The notes beneath the pieces were generated by a model. That model was not told the DNA's origin and did no database searches. It saw nothing but the letters and a program-made list of their open reading frames with translations. A stretch of 64,000 bases of DNA from Hemiscyllium ocellatum (lineage: Eukaryota). Location of the stretch: assembly GCF_020745735.1 (NCBI RefSeq), contig NC_083418.1:55755776-55819775 (forward strand), in the 5' to 3' direction. The position numbers and the translations under genes were made by a program. This document shows, one piece after another, positions 61,301-64,000 of the stretch. Position 1 is the stretch's first letter. Each line of letters begins with the position of its first letter.

Positions 61301-62753
61301 GTTGGTGAGAAAGAGTTATTCTGCAGCAGCTCACAAACTAGCCTGCTCCTCTACACTCACAGTGTGACTAACACATAACTCAGCCCTTCCACCATCAAGC
61401 TGCAACCAACCAAAGACCGGCACTGTTACTTATGTCAAATAATACTGCAGGATAGCTGATGAAACATTCTCCACTACAATGTGTTCAGAATGGAACTGTA
61501 CGCTAATACTCAGTCTAGTGAGCACCTAATAACAGTCTAAAGTACAGTTTTACCTTTCCTAGGGTGAGGTAAACTGTGAGTGGTTCTCCTGAGACTATCT
61601 TCATGAAGTTGGAATACTGCAGTGTCTCAGATTAGCCCTGGGAGAAGTCTGTCATCATTAATCTCTGGAAGCTTGGACCAATTATCCTCCCAGCTGAAGT
61701 CATGTAATAATGTAAGTTGTTATTTAATTTAGTCTTTGCCGCCGGTATTTATGTAAAGAAATCAGTTCCTCCGCTCCTCACAGGAATTGGGGTTGCCTTC
61801 ATAGATCCCTGCCCTCTGACAATCGCTAATGAGTCAAGCCCATAATTAAATTATTTTCTGATCTAACCTTATGCACCTATTTGTTTCTGTGCTGCAACTG
61901 GACTCTGGGCATTGGGAATTATTTAATCTGTGGTTCCCTGATACCAGTAAATGGTCCTAGGCACGGCCTTATCATCGACATGTTATTTATTTGCATAACG
62001 CAATATTGAAATTTATATAATCAATTTAATTCCTCCATCAAATGATGTTTAATTACTTAATTCTTGTTTCAATATAATTTACTTGATGTGATTGGGAGCT
62101 AAGTTAGACTTTTGTGCTCTCATAATTCATGATCATTGTACTGTGTTGCATTCAATTTATTGTTTCCTGGGTTGTGAGTATCACTGGTATGGGCAATGTT
62201 TGTTGACCATCCCTAACTGCCCCTAAACTGGATGGTAGGTTTTTCCAGAAGATGTGAAGAGGGAGCTATGGAGGATACCACAATTCCTGTGAGCAGAGAG
62301 GAATTAATTTGTTACATAAAGACCAGCGGCAAAGACTAAATTAAATAAAAACTTGCATGATTTCATGACTTTCTACAGAAGGATAATTAGCTCCAGAGAT
62401 TAATGATGACAGACATCTCCAAGGGCTAGTCTGAGCCATAGCAGCTTTCTGACTGCCTAGTCTGAACCAGGAGAACCACTCACATGTTACCTTACTGTGG
62501 GAGGTATGAGGGGACATTGGACAAGTATTAGGTGCTCAGAGCTGATCATTAGTGTATAGTTCCTTTTTGAATTCCATATAGCAGAGTGTGGTTCTATTGT
62601 CACTGGCATTCCTTCAATATTACTGGACATAAATACCAGCACTGATCCTTAAGGGGATGCAGTTTAATGGTGGAAGGACTGAGTTACGTGTTAGACACAC
62701 AGTGAGTATGGGGAGCAGACTGTGAATCTGCAGAACATTTCGCTTTCACCATC
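61301..62753. repeat. Diverged inverted duplication: 61301-61811 versus 62260-62753
   Basis: Collinear reverse-complement blocks including GCGGCAAAGACTAAATTAAATAA, TCCAGAGATTAATGATGACAGAC, CAGGAGAACCACTCACA, TATTAGGTGCTCA and ATGGTGGAAGG.CTGAGTTA. Confidence 0.9.
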
Positions 62754-63339
62754 CTGTATTTCCTCAATGTCATCTCCCTTTCCAAGTTAGAGGTCCAAGT
62801 TCAATTGCATCCATTGTCGCAGAAAAGTCAGAGTGACCAGAAGATTTCCTTCCCGAAAGAGCATTAGTGGGTTTTAAAAACAATCAGTGGTAGTTTTGTT
62901 ATTGAGATTAACTTTCAATTCCAGAATTCTAACCTTCTGGAATTGAAAGTTAATTCAAATTCTAACCTAAAATTCCACCAGCTGCCAGTGTGGATGTGAA
63001 CTTGTGCCACCAGGGCATGTGTCTGGGCCTCCCGATTACTAGTCACCTTACCACAATGACATCATTTCCCACAAGCTGCTGCAAGTGGAAGGGTGGGCAA
63101 GAGAAGGCCTCTTAGCAATGTCCTTTCCTTAATGCCTAGTGTCTACTTCCTACTGAGGCAATAAATCATGAAACCTCACCTCTCCCCGATCAGCTAAATC
63201 CTGATATCTTCTCCTGCAAGAAAGAGAAGTGAGTCTCTGACTGTGGTGCAAAATATTTGGATGTGTTGGCTATTATGATTCAATAGCTGCTAATGCACAT
63301 GAACATACTTACACATACAAATGGAAATATATGAATGAG

Positions 63340-63975
63340 GAAGAGGAGAAGATCAGTTGGCCCTTCATCTGTTCTGCCTTTCAACAATATCATGGCCTCA
63401 ACTCCACATTCCTACTCACCCAGAATAACTTTGACTTCCTTGTTAGTTAAGAATCTATTTAGCTCTGCCTTAAAAGTATTCAGTGAATGCCTCCACAGTT
63501 TTCTGGGAAATTGTTCCAAAGGTTTACAATCTTCTGAGAGACAAAAATTCTCCTCATCTCCATATTAAATAGGCATCACCCTCTTTTTGATCTATGCCCT
63601 TTTACCATTACCTCCAATAAGAGGAAACATTCTTTAAGTATCCATACAGTCAATTCCCTCAGAATGTTGTATGTTTCATAAAAATTGTCTCTCTTTCTTC
63701 TAAACTCCAATAGATACAGACTCAAGTTTTCCAACCTCATAATTCCTGGAGTCCGTCTCAGCAATTAATTAAGTGAATCAACTCTGAATTTCTTCTAATG
63801 CATTAATAACGTTTCTTACCTATGAAGATGAATACTGTATACAGTACTGCAGATATAGTATTGCCATTATCCTGTTTAATTGTAGCAAAATGTCCCTATG
63901 TTACATTCCATTCCCATTGCAATAAATGACAGCATCCCATATGCCTTCCTAATAACTTGCAGTACTTGTATGCGA
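63340..63975 (-). mobile_element. Decayed CR1 3' fragment
   Basis: PGIMRLENLSLYLLEFRRKRDNFYETYNIL. Confidence 0.75.
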
Positions 63976-64000
63976 AACAAGCTTGATTCCCGATGAAGGG

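Noticed and set aside
1-64000. CRISPR arrays, operons or other prokaryotic or phage systems
   Set aside because: There is no regularly spaced repeat array and no gene-dense region; the content is vertebrate retroelement-rich DNA.

Overview
This is eukaryotic, repeat-dense, apparently intronic or intergenic DNA, almost certainly from a cartilaginous fish (shark or ray). The taxon call rests on HE1/V-SINEs, CR1 (HER1-type) LINEs and Deu-domain-type SINE tails. I recognise no host protein-coding gene; nearly every ORF in the track is a transposon fragment or an antisense shadow of one. Contents: many CR1 LINE relics, an L1 3' end, a Rex1/Babar 3' end, Harbinger transposase and Myb relics, two solo LTRs with TSDs, and tRNA-derived SINEs. 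The most notable system is a young 4.67-kb Penelope-like element (RT plus Cys linker plus GIY-YIG; 31213-35877) with 1.1-kb inverted arms and a 15-bp TSD, together with short (about 150-220 bp) non-coding derivatives, mostly fold-back in structure and mostly flanked by TSDs. These carry minimal hammerhead-ribozyme cores (CUGAnGA-stem II-GAAA-palindrome-UH), with stems that covary across at least two and probably three or four families. The window also shows local copying events not explained by transposition: a diverged inverted duplication of about 500 bp (61.3-62.75 kb), a 93-bp templated insertion into an L1, and a 38-bp-stem hairpin. Boundaries of old, decayed repeats are approximate, and percent identities are by-eye estimates.
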